NCBI RefSeq assembly: GCF_024521635.1
Contig: NW_026250404.1
Span: forward strand, 1,364,001-1,428,000
Direction: 5' to 3'
DNA from: Tricharina praecox
Lineage: Eukaryota
DNA: 64,000 bases
Both the position numbers and the translations under genes were made by a program. The notes under the pieces are model-generated. The model saw only the letters and a program-made list of their open reading frames with translations, was not told where the DNA came from and did not search any database. Within the stretch, counting starts at the first letter, position 1, and every line of letters starts with the position of its first letter. Positions 52,849 through 64,000 of the stretch are shown in pieces.

Positions 52849-53843
52849 TTATCTCTTACCGGCCGCCCTTCTCCTGAGCTCAACGTCTCCCTCAGCCAGA
52901 GTGATGGCGGCCTTAACCATCTGCACAACGTTGATCCACTGCTTGGCGGCACAGATGGGTGCAGTGGCGATGGCAACAACCCAGGGCCATGTGTGGTTCT
53001 GGGCAAAGTCGGGGAAGCTCAATAGGTAGAGCGCGAGGAAGAACAGCTCATTAGCGGCGCAGAAGGTAAAAAGCACTTTCTGTACTAACTATCAGTATGG
53101 CCGATGCTACAAGAGGTTTCCCCGGGGTTGCATACGTTGTTAGAGTAGTAAAGGTTCAGAATTTTGCTGCGCTTCTTCTCGACTTTCTTGTGGGAAGCGG
53201 CTCCGGAATCCAGCGATGCATACCTATTCACCGGGGGTCTCCGTTAGCTACCTCGAGTTCCCAAGGCAAAACATCCGCCACGTGGAGTTTTTCGCGCATA
53301 ACGCCACCGTTGCCCCCCCTTGCCATCCAAACGCGATGCGAATAACACGCAAGCAGCAGAAACACAGACACACACACAAAAAAGGGATACAACGTACATA
53401 TGCATGTAGTGACTCGCCAGATCTAGCGAGATGAGCACCTGGAACAGGACGGCGTAATTGGTGTAAGCGGCACTCAGGAACACCAGCAAGCACGCAGTTG
53501 TACACCGATCCGTGACCATGTCCAGCACCGCGCCGAACTTTGTCGCCTGGTTGAACTTGCGCGCGGCCCATCCGTCCAGAGCATCCAGCAGACACGAAAG
53601 CGAGTATAGTATTGCGCAGTAGTTGGGATGGTACGACATGAAGTACAGCGATGCTCCAGCGAGCAAAACACGCGAGTATCCTATCCATCATCACTCCGTC
53701 AGTGCCGGAGCACGCGACACACACATCCGGGGGTGAGCAATACCGATCAGGTTTGGAATGAACAAAAAGATGTTTCCAGCATCAGCGTCAGAAATGGAGG
53801 CGGACTTTGGTCGGCCGTTCGCACTGGACTTTGAGGCAGCCAT
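52849..53843 (-). CDS. PIS1: CDP-diacylglycerol-inositol 3-phosphatidyltransferase, 4 exons
   Basis: NIFLFIPNLIGY; CDP-alcohol motif LDALDGWAARKFNQATKFGAVLDMVTDR; DLASHYMHMY; ANELFFLALYL. Confidence 0.96.
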
Positions 53844-56214
53844 AGTGTGGGAGGTTGTAGAGCGGAGGGGTTACGGTTGAGGTGGGGCGGGTTGTCGGTG
53901 AAGCGGTGAAGCGGAAGGTGTAGCGGTTAAGGGGTGCAAGAGCACAAGATAAGGACCGTTCTACTGGTACTATGGGGAGGTGCGTGTCGACGTGAGATGT
54001 TCGATGAGCGGTGAAGGGCGTAGCAATGGATGGATCCGACTAGAAACGAGCGTAACGGGTTCGATGTCGGAGTTGTGAGGGCAAAAAGTGGTTTTGAGAT
54101 TTTGTGGAGGGTTGGATGTGGGAGTGAACTGGGGAGGTGAGAGTTGGGTTTTGAGTTAGAAGGATGGTTGTTGGGCCGGGCGTTCTGGAGTGGAAACGAA
54201 CAAGACGCGGTAGGGATTCGGGGAGGGGGGCACAGCAGAATTGAGAAGTGGTACGTACGACACCAGGAATACCAAGTACCAACCGGACGTGAGTATTTGG
54301 TTACTGGTACCAGGTACCAAGTACCACGCCCTCACACGAAACGACCCGTGCGCACGGCCCGGGACATGGAACTACGCAGCTCCGAACGCCGCAGCGGAGC
54401 CCCGTAAGCGGCGAAAGGCTTTCGTACGCTAGGCTCTCGACAGTGGGTGTTGACGAATTCAAGCTGTTTTGAGGACGGCCCGAATCGAGCACCTGGCCGG
54501 GAGAAAGTGATCATTTCGTCATGCAGACCGGTTCCCGTTCTCTTCATCGTCCGGGCGTTGGAATGGCGGCTGCGTAACTACTATGGTACTTGTCCTGAGG
54601 ATCTTCCCGCCGTCCTCTTTCTCCCGAGGTTCCGCTCGGCTTGTTCGCGGTTTCGATCATCGATTCCTAACTACACGCAAACAGTCTGTACGTACCCGCG
54701 CGCGCGGAAAGCTAATGTCACGGCCTTTACCAGTCGAAATCAGTGGTTTCGACTCACCGAGCCAAAACCCGATGACCGACACCGGCACCGAGAAAGGCTC
54801 GTGAAAGGACCGACGGAGATGGGACGAAAGGAAAGGTCCAAATGAGGGAAACACAGCATCAGCACCACTTGGCGACACACCAGGGCTTTCTCTGGGCATG
54901 TTCAACGGCAGCTCATGAGAATCCTGGCGAACTCTCACGAACCTTCCCACAGTATCCTCTTAAAACTTTGTATGTGCCCAATGAGATACCTACACGAACA
55001 TGAGCTATAATGAAAGTTTCTGCATAAACTCTCTGCCTTTTCGTTGCACACATTCTTATATTAGGTGCCGTGAGAGCTTATGCTTATGACCACCGTTCCC
55101 TGGAGGGGGGCGCGAGTGCGATCGTGTGTATGGCTGTGGCACGCAAGTAGGAGATATCGCGGTATATGCCTTCAGTACTGCCCCTTATATGGACGATTGG
55201 ATTTCGGTGCCTGCCTTCTGTGTTTTAAACATTCGGGCTCTCTTTTGGTTGCTATGAAAGAAGCCGGAAGAGAAGCTCTCTTCCCTTGAGATTGGATGGT
55301 TTCGCGGCTACGGAGACTCACGCAGGAGCCAAATCGAAAAGCTATCACGACTTTCTTAAACAACAGAAGCCCATCCACCCTGTGGAGATTCCCTTTGTTT
55401 CGTTTGATCATTACATTCGACGTTATTAGATCATGGCAGTTACATGGCCGGTTCCATCCCAGGTACTTTCCTGCCCAATGTGAGTTCTCTAATATCTTCC
55501 GCCCGACCCTCCCTTTGATCGTACCAAGGAAGTACATGCAGAAAGGAAAAGAAAAGAAAAGAGGTCCGTCCCTCGCACCTATCCTCGCTACAAAGACATC
55601 CACGCTCCACATGATAGGCAACGCCGTAGCTGTCGAGTGAGAATTCCAGGCGGACAGTAACTTCTCTAGTGGTATCCACTGTGCGAGCATCACCACGGCA
55701 AGTGGCGCATAAGATCCCCAGTTCTCCACCAGTTGCGGTTGCCGGATCATCATTTGCTGCCAGACAGTTCGCCTCTGTCCGGTAGATTCTCGAGCACCAG
55801 TGCCAGTGACATTATTTTTCAAAAAAAGAATTGCAATGGAACATCACAACTCCAAAAAGCTCGAATGACCTATGGAAATTCGAGACGTTGATATCATTTT
55901 ACAAAAGCGTGGCGCAAAACTTCGCTTGTGTGTCAGTGTTACACTCCCGGTGACATTCACGCACGTTTAAAAGCAATCGACACCTCCGCTTTCAACCACA
56001 CCACACTCAGCGCCGGCATCATCCTCTCGAAGAGATATCGCCCCCCAACCCCACACCCACACCTATAAGCACCTTCCCTTCGTCTACCCAGCAAGCATCG
56101 CACGTCGAACCCTACCTACTCCCGCCGCCACCTAGTTCGCTGCACATCAAGCTCTCTGCTTCGAGCTTCATCCTCACACCTCGCCATCCCCGCCCATAAC
56201 TACAATCCGCAACG

Positions 56215-57240
56215 ATGAGTTCGCCTCGAAGGAGGATCGAGACAGATGTGAGAATTGCTTTGAATTCTGCTACGGGTGAGGGCGAATACTGACGGCGGAA
56301 TTAGGTCATGAAGTAGCGACACCGTCCTGATGCCCGGGTATAGAACCACGTGACTAACCTACGCATAGGCTGTAGGTGACCTATGCATGGAGAATTATGG
56401 GACTGTACTCAACTGTTTCGCAACTACAGGTTGATGAGTGACTATGAGGTTACCTTGGTGAATGATAATAGTCTGTACCCCACGGATTCCACAGCTCTTC
56501 CGACTTAGACGTGCTGACGTGCATGTACCCGCAGTGTACGACCTCTGCCAGCGCTGCCGCTGCCGCCGCTGCCTCTCCGGATACATTCGCTGATTTCTCT
56601 TTTCCACCAGGTCGGAGTTCTACGTCCGCTTCAAGGGTCCGGAAGAGAGTACGTATCCCCTGCGCCTGTCCTGATGGCTCGAAACCAACGTCTTCAAGCA
56701 CCCTTCAACGGCGGCACGTGGAAAGTCCACGTTGAGCTCCCAGACCAGTATCCCTACAAGTCACCATCCATAGGCTTTGTGAACCGCATCTTCCATCCCA
56801 ATATCGACGAGCTGTCAGTTCTCATCACCGCCTCTGTCGTAACTACCCACTTTTAACCTTTGGCAGAAGCGGTTCCGTATGTCTCGACGTCATCAATCAG
56901 ACTTGGTCGCCGATGTTCGATATGATCAATATATTTGAAGTGTTCCTTCCGCAGCTGTTACGGTATCCGAATCCGACGGATCCATTGAATGGCGAGGCCG
57001 CCGCACTGCTGATGCGGGAGCCGAAACACTACGAGGCGAAGGTTAAGGGTGGGACTTCCCTTCTCTCACGCTCTTCGGTGATCGGGACTGAGTGATGCAG
57101 AATACGTGGAGAAATACGCTACCAAGGATGCGATTGAGGACGGAGACGAAGGTTCTGACGATGAGGACGAGATGAGCTCTGTTGGTAGCTATGACGATGA
57201 CGATGAAGACGATGAACCGGCTGGGCAGATGGAGGTTTGA
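56215..57240 (+). CDS. UBC8: Ubiquitin-conjugating enzyme E2 (Ubc8/UBE2H), 9 exons including 8-, 3- and 1-nt micro-exons
   Basis: Exons 56215-56247, 56305-56312, 56369-56371, 56430-56470, 56535, 56611-56648, 56699-56813, 56867-57048 and 57101-57240 give [67 protein letters not shown].. plus an acidic tail. Confidence 0.95.
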
Positions 57241-57770
57241 TTGCTAATTGCTGAATTTCGGTTGGTTTCGATGTTACCCTGTAGTTTTTGCGCGCTGTTT
57301 TGGACCTTTGTTGTTGTTCTTTAATACACACATTTTTCCTTTTCCTTCTCGTTCGTGGTAGGGGTTTGATTGATGGTGTCGGTGCTGCTCCTTGTTGACG
57401 GACATGCTGATATGGTCTTCGCCACGCCTTCGTGATAGCCCGGAGATGAAGCTGATGTATAAAGATTGTTCTACTTCTACTTGCTTGTAGTCCAACTCTA
57501 GATGTGATAACGAGCCAGGCGGAGGGAAATTTCGCCTCCAGAAAGCTGTAGATGTCTCGACCCGTGGCCATTCCTATGGCTTGTCTGACCCAGCGGTGAT
57601 CTCCGGGCCGGGATGACCCAAATCAGGCAGCTACTCCACATACGCTAGTTGCTAGTAGTGGCAGAGCTCTTTACCGCATCTGCAGAACGCAACGTGTGCT
57701 TCAACAGCTTCAAAGTCCAGCACCTCATCTCGTCACCATTCCTCCTTCTCTCACTACGAATACACAAACC

Positions 57771-59345
57771 ATGAAGCAACGTACCACCTACCTCGTTTCC
57801 GACACTTTGGCCACGCACCCCGACAACTTCGACATCTCGCCCACAAGCCTACAGATCAAGTCCCTGCACGCCGCGCGCGAAGACCGTCTCGCGATCGGCT
57901 ACGACGAGCTTTCCGCCGAGATCCAGGACGTGCTGAAGCAATGCAACGAGCTCCTCATCCGCTGGTCTACTGGTAGGCCGTACACCAGCGTGGATCCGTT
58001 TGCCGCCCGAGTGCCGGCGGGCTTGCACATTCACCTGCGGCCGCAACGCGATGTTGTTCCGTATGTTTCCACCACGCGGGTGAAGGGGGGGGCGGCGATA
58101 TTGGTTGACTAACTGGAAGACCTATTTGCAGATCTATATGTGACACTGTGAACGTCGCGTTTGGCATCACCGACTGTCGTGGCTTCGCCGAGTCGTTTAT
58201 CCCCATCTCCGGCGTCGAGAACGCATACCAGTTCTACGCACCGGTGAGATCCATCGACATGTTCGCAACCTTCGTCGCAGATCATCTATGCACTGGTATG
58301 AATTCGTGGGAATGCGCGACTGGCGTCGAGTCCGCGGATTACGTGGACCTCAAGTGGGATGCTATCTCGCAGATGATCGTGGTCAACACGTTCTGGTCGA
58401 AGTCTGGGGAACCGCAGGGAGCGGTCGCAGTGAATGTCCAGGAACCGAGGAACATTGAGGTCGGTGTGCTGGGGAATGATAGACCTATAGCAGAAGAGAG
58501 CTTGACTATGGGGGGTGTTTTGCACGTGGTTGGAAAGGACGATAGAATGGGTATGTTATGGACGTCGCTTTCCCGATGAGGGGGTTTCGATGCTGACTGT
58601 GATAGAACCGGTCATGTTCACTTTCCCGGCACGACATCACAGCTCTCCAGCGACTTATAGCCTCACGACGTCGAAGCCACCTGGACTGCATCCGAAGCTA
58701 CAGCTTTCGATTGCGCATACCCAACCGCTCAAGGCACCAGGCGACGAGTGCACTCTAAATGCGTACTTCACCCTACCACGCGGACTCTTCATCGACAAAT
58801 ACCAGCTGTCACCAACGAACCCGCAGCTCCTTGAGTCCCTCAACATCAAGCGCATTCTCGGTGTTAATGGTGAAACAGATCTTGAGGCGCCGGTTTGGGC
58901 GAGTAAACGCTGGGGAAGCTCCTTGCTGGTAGAAGTGGACACCGCACGGGCCTCCAATGGGTTGGATATGGAGCTGCCACTGCATCTCCGGTACCTCGAG
59001 CCCAAGCATGACTCCACCTTATCGGAGGTGAACTTTACGATGCCGGCAGTGTTTTGGGCTTGCAGAAGCGAAGAGTGGAGTAAGATGGTAAGCAGCCCCT
59101 TCGATAGACTACACTTAGGGTGGGAACATCTATTCCCGGAGCAGACTATGTACTACCACCTCTCGCCATCCGAAGATGCATGGAAGTCAGTGCCGGTTCC
59201 AGTTCTGGACTTGCAGCAGGCGATGCTGGTCAAGATCGGGACTGTGGTTGTCATCGTGAGCGGCTTTTTGTGGGTTGTTTGGAAGACTTGTGCGGCGTTC
59301 ACTGGTGGAAAGAAGGTTGGGGCAGGGGAAAAGAAGACGCAATAG
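57771..59345 (+). CDS. PBN1: PIG-X/Pbn1 subunit of GPI mannosyltransferase I, 3 exons
   Basis: MKQRTTY start, RVPAGLHI, IEVGVL, GLHPKL, FIDKYQL, GETDLEAPVW, LPLHLRYL and a C-terminal TM helix with KKxx-like end (EKKTQ). Confidence 0.9.
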
Positions 59346-59595
59346 TTTACGTATCTAATGGACACGGCAGTTAATGAGGGGGGCTGGACGAATCAAGCTT
59401 GTTTTATGTAGATTCCGAGTTGTATTATCTATCATCTCGCTCCAGTCCCGGAACCTGATGATCAATCCGCGTCTCACGTGACTGTATCTTTAGCGGGGTT
59501 GACTCAACGAACCCCTCCATCCAGCAGCATTGAGTGTATAAGATACCGACCGACTGTGTCAACTCCTCACCAACTCCAATCTAAACCAAGCAACC

Positions 59596-62197
59596 ATGGC
59601 CGACACTTCCATTGAGGACCTCCTAGCCCCGCGCTTCGCCGCTCTCGGCCTCGGCGAGAAAGCGCTCAAGGAAGCCACGCGCAACAAGAAGATCACCACA
59701 GCGTGGACAGAGGTGCTCGAAGAAGCCGGGATCGCCGCCGACCACCCCACCACCATAGCCGATGCGAAAGTGGGCACCACGCTGGCTTCGCTGGTCTCCA
59801 CCACTGCGAAGGGCGACGGCGCGCTCGGCGGAAAGCGGAAGTACATCGTCCAGGCCATCCTGGACGGCCGGGTCAAGACCAACGTGCAGGTCGATGCGGC
59901 GGTGAAGTTCGTCAAGGCGTGCGCCCCCGCCGCGGAGGTGGACGGCGAGGCGTTCGATAAGGAATGCGGCGTTGGTGCGTTCCCCGGAGTGGGCGCGGTG
60001 GGATAGAGGGGGGGAAGTGCTGATGGTGATGACGCCGGACAGGAATCGAGTTCACCCCCGAGACGCTGGCTGCCGCCGTGGCGGAGTACATCGAGAAGAA
60101 CCGCGCCACGATCGAGGAGCAGCGCTACAAGACCCTCACCGCGACGCTGGCGGACGCAAAGACCTCGACAGACCTGAAGTGGGCGGCGCCCGGCGATCTC
60201 AAGAAGGAGATCGACGCGCAGTACCTTGCGCTCCTGGGCCCCAAGGACGAGCGCGATGCTCCGCCCAAGAAGCAGCCGAAAGCGCCGGCCGAGGCGAAGG
60301 CGAAGGCTGAGGAGAAGAAGACGGAGGAGATCGCGAGCGATCGTATGTTTACGGAGGGATTCTTGGCGCAGCTGCATAAGCCCGGTGGGAACGAGCAGAT
60401 CATCCCCGAGAGGATGAAGGAACACTTGGAGGCTACCGGCGGAAAGGTGTTTACTAGGTTCCCGCCGGAGCCGAATGGGTACTTGCACATTGGCCACAGC
60501 AAGGCGATTGCGATCAACTTCGGATTTGCGAGGTACCATGGCGGTCAGTGCTACCTGCGCTACGATGATACCAATCCCGAGTCCGAGGAGGAGAGATATA
60601 TCGTCGCCATCAGGGAGATCATCGAGTGGTTGGGCTTCAAGCCGTTTAAGATCACCCATGCGAGTGATCATTTCGACAAGTTATATGAGCTGGCCGAGGA
60701 CCTGATCAAGCGGGATAAGGGATACGTCTGTTACTGTACCGCCGAGGAGGTGAATGCTCAGAGGGGTGGCAAGGACAACCGTGCTCCTCGGTTTGAGTGT
60801 GTACACAGAAACAGGCCGGTTGAGGAGAGCCTGGCGGAGTTCAGAGCGATGCGAGACGGGAAGTACAAACCCAAGGAGGCTATGATGAGAATGAAGATGG
60901 ATATCTTGGGCTCGGGCAACCCTCAGGTGAACATGCTTCAGGACAACCGATCGATATGGCTGTACTAAACGGATGGGGTAGATGTGGGACTTGACGGCAT
61001 ACCGGATTCTGGATGCCCCTCACCCTCAGACCGGTACTAAATGGAAGATATACCCAACATACGACTTCACCCACTGTCTTTGCGATTCTTTTGAGAACAT
61101 CTCGCACTCGTTGTGCACGACAGAGTTCATCAATTCGCGGGAATCATACGACTGGCTGTGCAATGCTTTGGAAATTTACAGGCCTCAGCAGAGAGAGTGA
61201 GTACTTGTTCATTTCTCGTAGGAGTGCACAGATACTTATTTTCACCAGATATGGCCGTCTCAACCTGACCGGTACCATCATGAGCAAGAGGAAGATCATG
61301 AAGCTCGTGGATGGTGGACACGTGCGGGGCTGGGACGACCCACGGCTGTACACACTGGTGGCCATCCGTCGCCGCGGTATCCCGCCCGGCGCGATTCTGG
61401 GCTTTGTCAACGAGCTCGGTGTGACCACATCCCACACCAACATCCAGATCAAGCGCTTCGAGCAGACGGTGCGACGGTACCTTGAAGAAACCGTTCCCCG
61501 ACTGATGATGATCCTCGATCCTCTGCGAGTCGTGATCGAGAACTATCCTCGGGAGCAGGTTGAAGAGTTCGACTCCCCCTTCAAGCCGAACGACGCCAAA
61601 ATGGGCACCCACAACCTGCCGTTCTCCCGCGTCATCTACATTGACCGCTCCGACTTCCGCGAGACGGCTTCAAAAGACTACTTCCGTCTCGCGCCAGGCC
61701 AGCCCGTGGGTCTTCTCCGAGCGCCGCACCCGATCCGCTACGTTGCCTGCAGCAAGGGCATCGGTGGAAGAGTCCTCGAGGTGGTCTGCCGTTACGAGAA
61801 CGACGTCCCCTTCAAGAAGCCCAAGACGTACATCCAATGGATCGCCGACGCCCCCGAAAAGGGTTCCCCCGTCCCCGTCGAGGTCCGTGTCACCAATCAG
61901 CTCTTCAAGTCCGAGAACCCTAACGACAATCCCGACGGCTTCCTTGCCGATATCAACCCGGACAGCGAGGAGGTCTTCAAGGACGCCATCATCGAAACCG
62001 GTTTCCACGAGATCCGTCGGCGCGCGCCGTGGCCCGAGCAGGAGGGCGAGAAGGATAAGAGCAAGATCGGACCCGAGTCTGTTCGCTTCCAGGCCTTGAG
62101 GGTGGGGTACTTCGCGATGGATAGAGATACCGTCGATGATAAGATCGTGCTCAACCGGATTGTTACGCTGAAGGAGGACGCCGGGAAGAATGCGTAG
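59596..62197 (+). CDS. GLN4: Glutaminyl-tRNA synthetase, 4 exons
   Basis: [15 protein letters not shown] (HIGH), [25 protein letters not shown] and [10 protein letters not shown]; eukaryotic N-terminal extension. Confidence 0.97.
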
Positions 62198-63233
62198 GTG
62201 CGGATGATGGTGTGCTAGTAGATCGATTTCCTACTTTCTTCTCTGCTTAGTGTTTTGTGGGTTGGGAGCGGGTTTGGTTGTGTGCTCGGTATAGATTGCA
62301 AACGTGAAACATTGGTGTAACGGTTCCCGTGTCGGCAAATCCCGAGTGATATCGAGTGTTTGTCACGTGCCTGTCCTCCTCTGCCCAGGTCCGCCCAAAC
62401 TTCAAAAAAGACGCGTTTCTTTTTCCAGGCCCGTTTCTTTATTCAATGATGACGGTCTGCATTTCACCACCGTCAGGCTTTGCATTTACATCTTCCTTCG
62501 TGGATCTCTTTTTTTCGCCGCAAAGACTTTGAAGTGCTGTACTCTAGGTGCTGCGCGTTGAATGGCTGTCTGCCCTGCCACCGGCACTGCACATAAGCAT
62601 GCGTGGCAGAGCTTTTGCGTCCGTCCGTTCGCTTTGCTTATGCTGATAAATTTCAAAAACTGGACTGGACCTGTCTTGACTCACCAACGGCCAACTTTTA
62701 ACCTTCCCCCCCAAACCTACAACGCATCACCCACCTCCACCTCCACCTCCACAACCTCCACCTCCACCACCTCCATCACCCCCACCCACACGACTACCAA
62801 CTACGGCCTCATCCTTTCAACTCCACGAAACTGCGAACTGCAAAGACGAGATAACGACTGGGAAAACCGCGTATTGTCACCGCTGCTCATATCCGCCCGC
62901 CGCCACCCCTTTCTCGGTCGAAACATAGCCTCTCTCTTAACGATCCGCCACGAAACGAATCGGAACAGAGTAAAGGAAGCTTGCTCGCTGCAACGGTTGG
63001 AAGGGGGGATAGTATCGTAGTCGGTCGTCGTCGTAGGGTAGAGGAGTGGTAGGGTAGTGAGATCGGTTCGTAGGATTTAGAAGCAGAAACTTCGAGGAAG
63101 GGGAAAGAAAAGGGGAAAGGCCAAAAAAAAGAAAAGACGAGCCCTCTCGCCTCCGCTTCCGCCTCGCCGCATCTTCACTCGGGCTTCCTTCTGCCCCGTA
63201 GGCGCAGACCTACATACCATACACGCAGCAAAG

Positions 63234-64000
63234 ATGGCGACAGCCGCACCCGCGCAACCACCGTCCAAAGCCTGGGAGGCGAACCACAACGTCCAGGTGA
63301 TGTGCCCGGACTGCCGGGAGATGCCAGCGAACCTAGTCGAGGAGTTCAGCAGCGGCGACATGGTGTGCGGATCGTGCGGGCTAGTCCTGGGCGACCGCAT
63401 CGTCGACACGCGCTCCGAATGGCGAACCTTCAGTAACGACGACCAGGGCAACGACGACCCGTCCCGTGTCGGTGACGGCGCGAATCCGTTCCTCAATGGC
63501 TCGCAGCTGGAGACGTCGATCTCTTATACGCCCGGCGGCGCAGGGCGGGATCTCCATCGCGCACAGAGCAAGGCCACCGCCCAGAAAAATAATAATAAGA
63601 CCCTCCTCGCCGCGTATAAGGAGATCGGGGCGTTCTGCGATTCCATGGGGCTCTTGAAGAACGTTTCCGACTCGGCGAAACAGCTGTTCAAGCGGGTCGA
63701 CGATAACAAGTCGCTGAAAGGAAAGCCGCAGGAGGCCATCATCGCCGGCTGCATCTTCATCGCCTGCAGACAGGAGCGTGTCCCGCGTACCTTCCGCGAG
63801 ATCTTCGCCCTCACCAAAGTGCCCAAGAAGGAGATCGGCCGCGTGTTCAAGCAGCTGGAGAAGGTGTTCAACGAGCAGCAGCGGACCGAGGAGGAGGAGG
63901 CACGAGCGAAGGGCGATGAGCCACCCGTCGTGTCCGCCGCACACTACAAGACCACGTCGAGCACCAAGGCCCACGACCTCATGATTCGGTACTGCAACAA
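63234..64000 (+). CDS. SUA7: Transcription initiation factor TFIIB (5' part; runs off the window)
   Basis: Zn ribbon CPDC..CGSCG, B-reader DTRSEWRTFSNDDQGNDDPSRVG, and cyclin repeat IAGCIFIACRQERVPRTFREI. Absent from the ORF track because no stop lies within the window. Confidence 0.97.
   Translation, partial: MATAAPAQPPSKAWEANHNVQVMCPDCREMPANLVEEFSSGDMVCGSCGLVLGDRIVDTRSEWRTFSNDDQGNDDPSRVGDGANPFLNGSQLETSISYTPGGAGRDLHRAQSKATAQKNNNKTLLAAYKEIGAFCDSMGLLKNVSDSAKQLFKRVDDNKSLKGKPQEAIIAGCIFIACRQERVPRTFREIFALTKVPKKEIGRVFKQLEKVFNEQQRTEEEEARAKGDEPPVVSAAHYKTTSSTKAHDLMIRYCN

Noticed and set aside
55172..55822. 216-aa minus-strand ORF between PIS1 and UBC8
   Set aside because: TTG start, no recognisable motif, no evident codon bias or splice structure; a degenerate relic cannot be excluded.
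56471..56610. Stwintron (intron nested in a splice signal) as the explanation of the UBC8 twin introns
   Set aside because: Both introns already have complete donor, branch and acceptor sites, and the intervening T is needed in the mRNA, so a 1-nt exon is the simpler reading.
59559..60671. 370-aa minus-strand ORF, and similar antisense ORFs over GET3, OTU2, SUP35, the SDR and SUA7
   Set aside because: Shadow frames produced by GC-rich codon bias of the real genes on the opposite strand.
1..64000. tRNA/rRNA genes and TGA-CTA stop-codon readthrough signals
   Set aside because: GTTCGA hits (~16134, ~23735, ~36954, ~54059) lack cloverleaf context, and none of the stop codons I inspected is followed by CTA. 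This was a visual scan only.

Overview
Eukaryotic, intron-containing DNA from a filamentous ascomycete (short 50-75 nt GT-AG introns with CTRAC/CTAAC branch sites; Pezizomycotina-type genes, Pezizomycetes plausible but not provable here). Positions 1-11.3 kb are a gene-free, microsatellite-rich tract upstream of a C2H2/fungal-specific transcription factor. Then come a TPMT-like methyltransferase, a hypothetical protein, an F-box/Cys-rich protein, an OTU deubiquitinase, a transthyretin-like HIU hydrolase, GET3 and an MFS (DHA1) transporter. A ~4 kb transposon graveyard follows (84-bp tandem duplication, a 5'-truncated LINE with poly-A and target-site duplication, two interleaved inverted-repeat pairs). 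The rest holds a 14-exon protein with a CorA-like C-terminus, an NmrA/epimerase-like protein, a PTS1 SDR, SUP35, PIS1, UBC8, PBN1/PIG-X, GLN4 and the 5' part of SUA7 (TFIIB). The most striking observation is that the UBC8 reading frame can only be rebuilt with 8-nt, 3-nt and single-nucleotide micro-exons, each flanked by complete introns. Three GC-AG introns and a dispersed degenerate repeat (4.6-5.1 kb and 36.8 kb) were also found. All gene models were assembled by eye; no searches were run.
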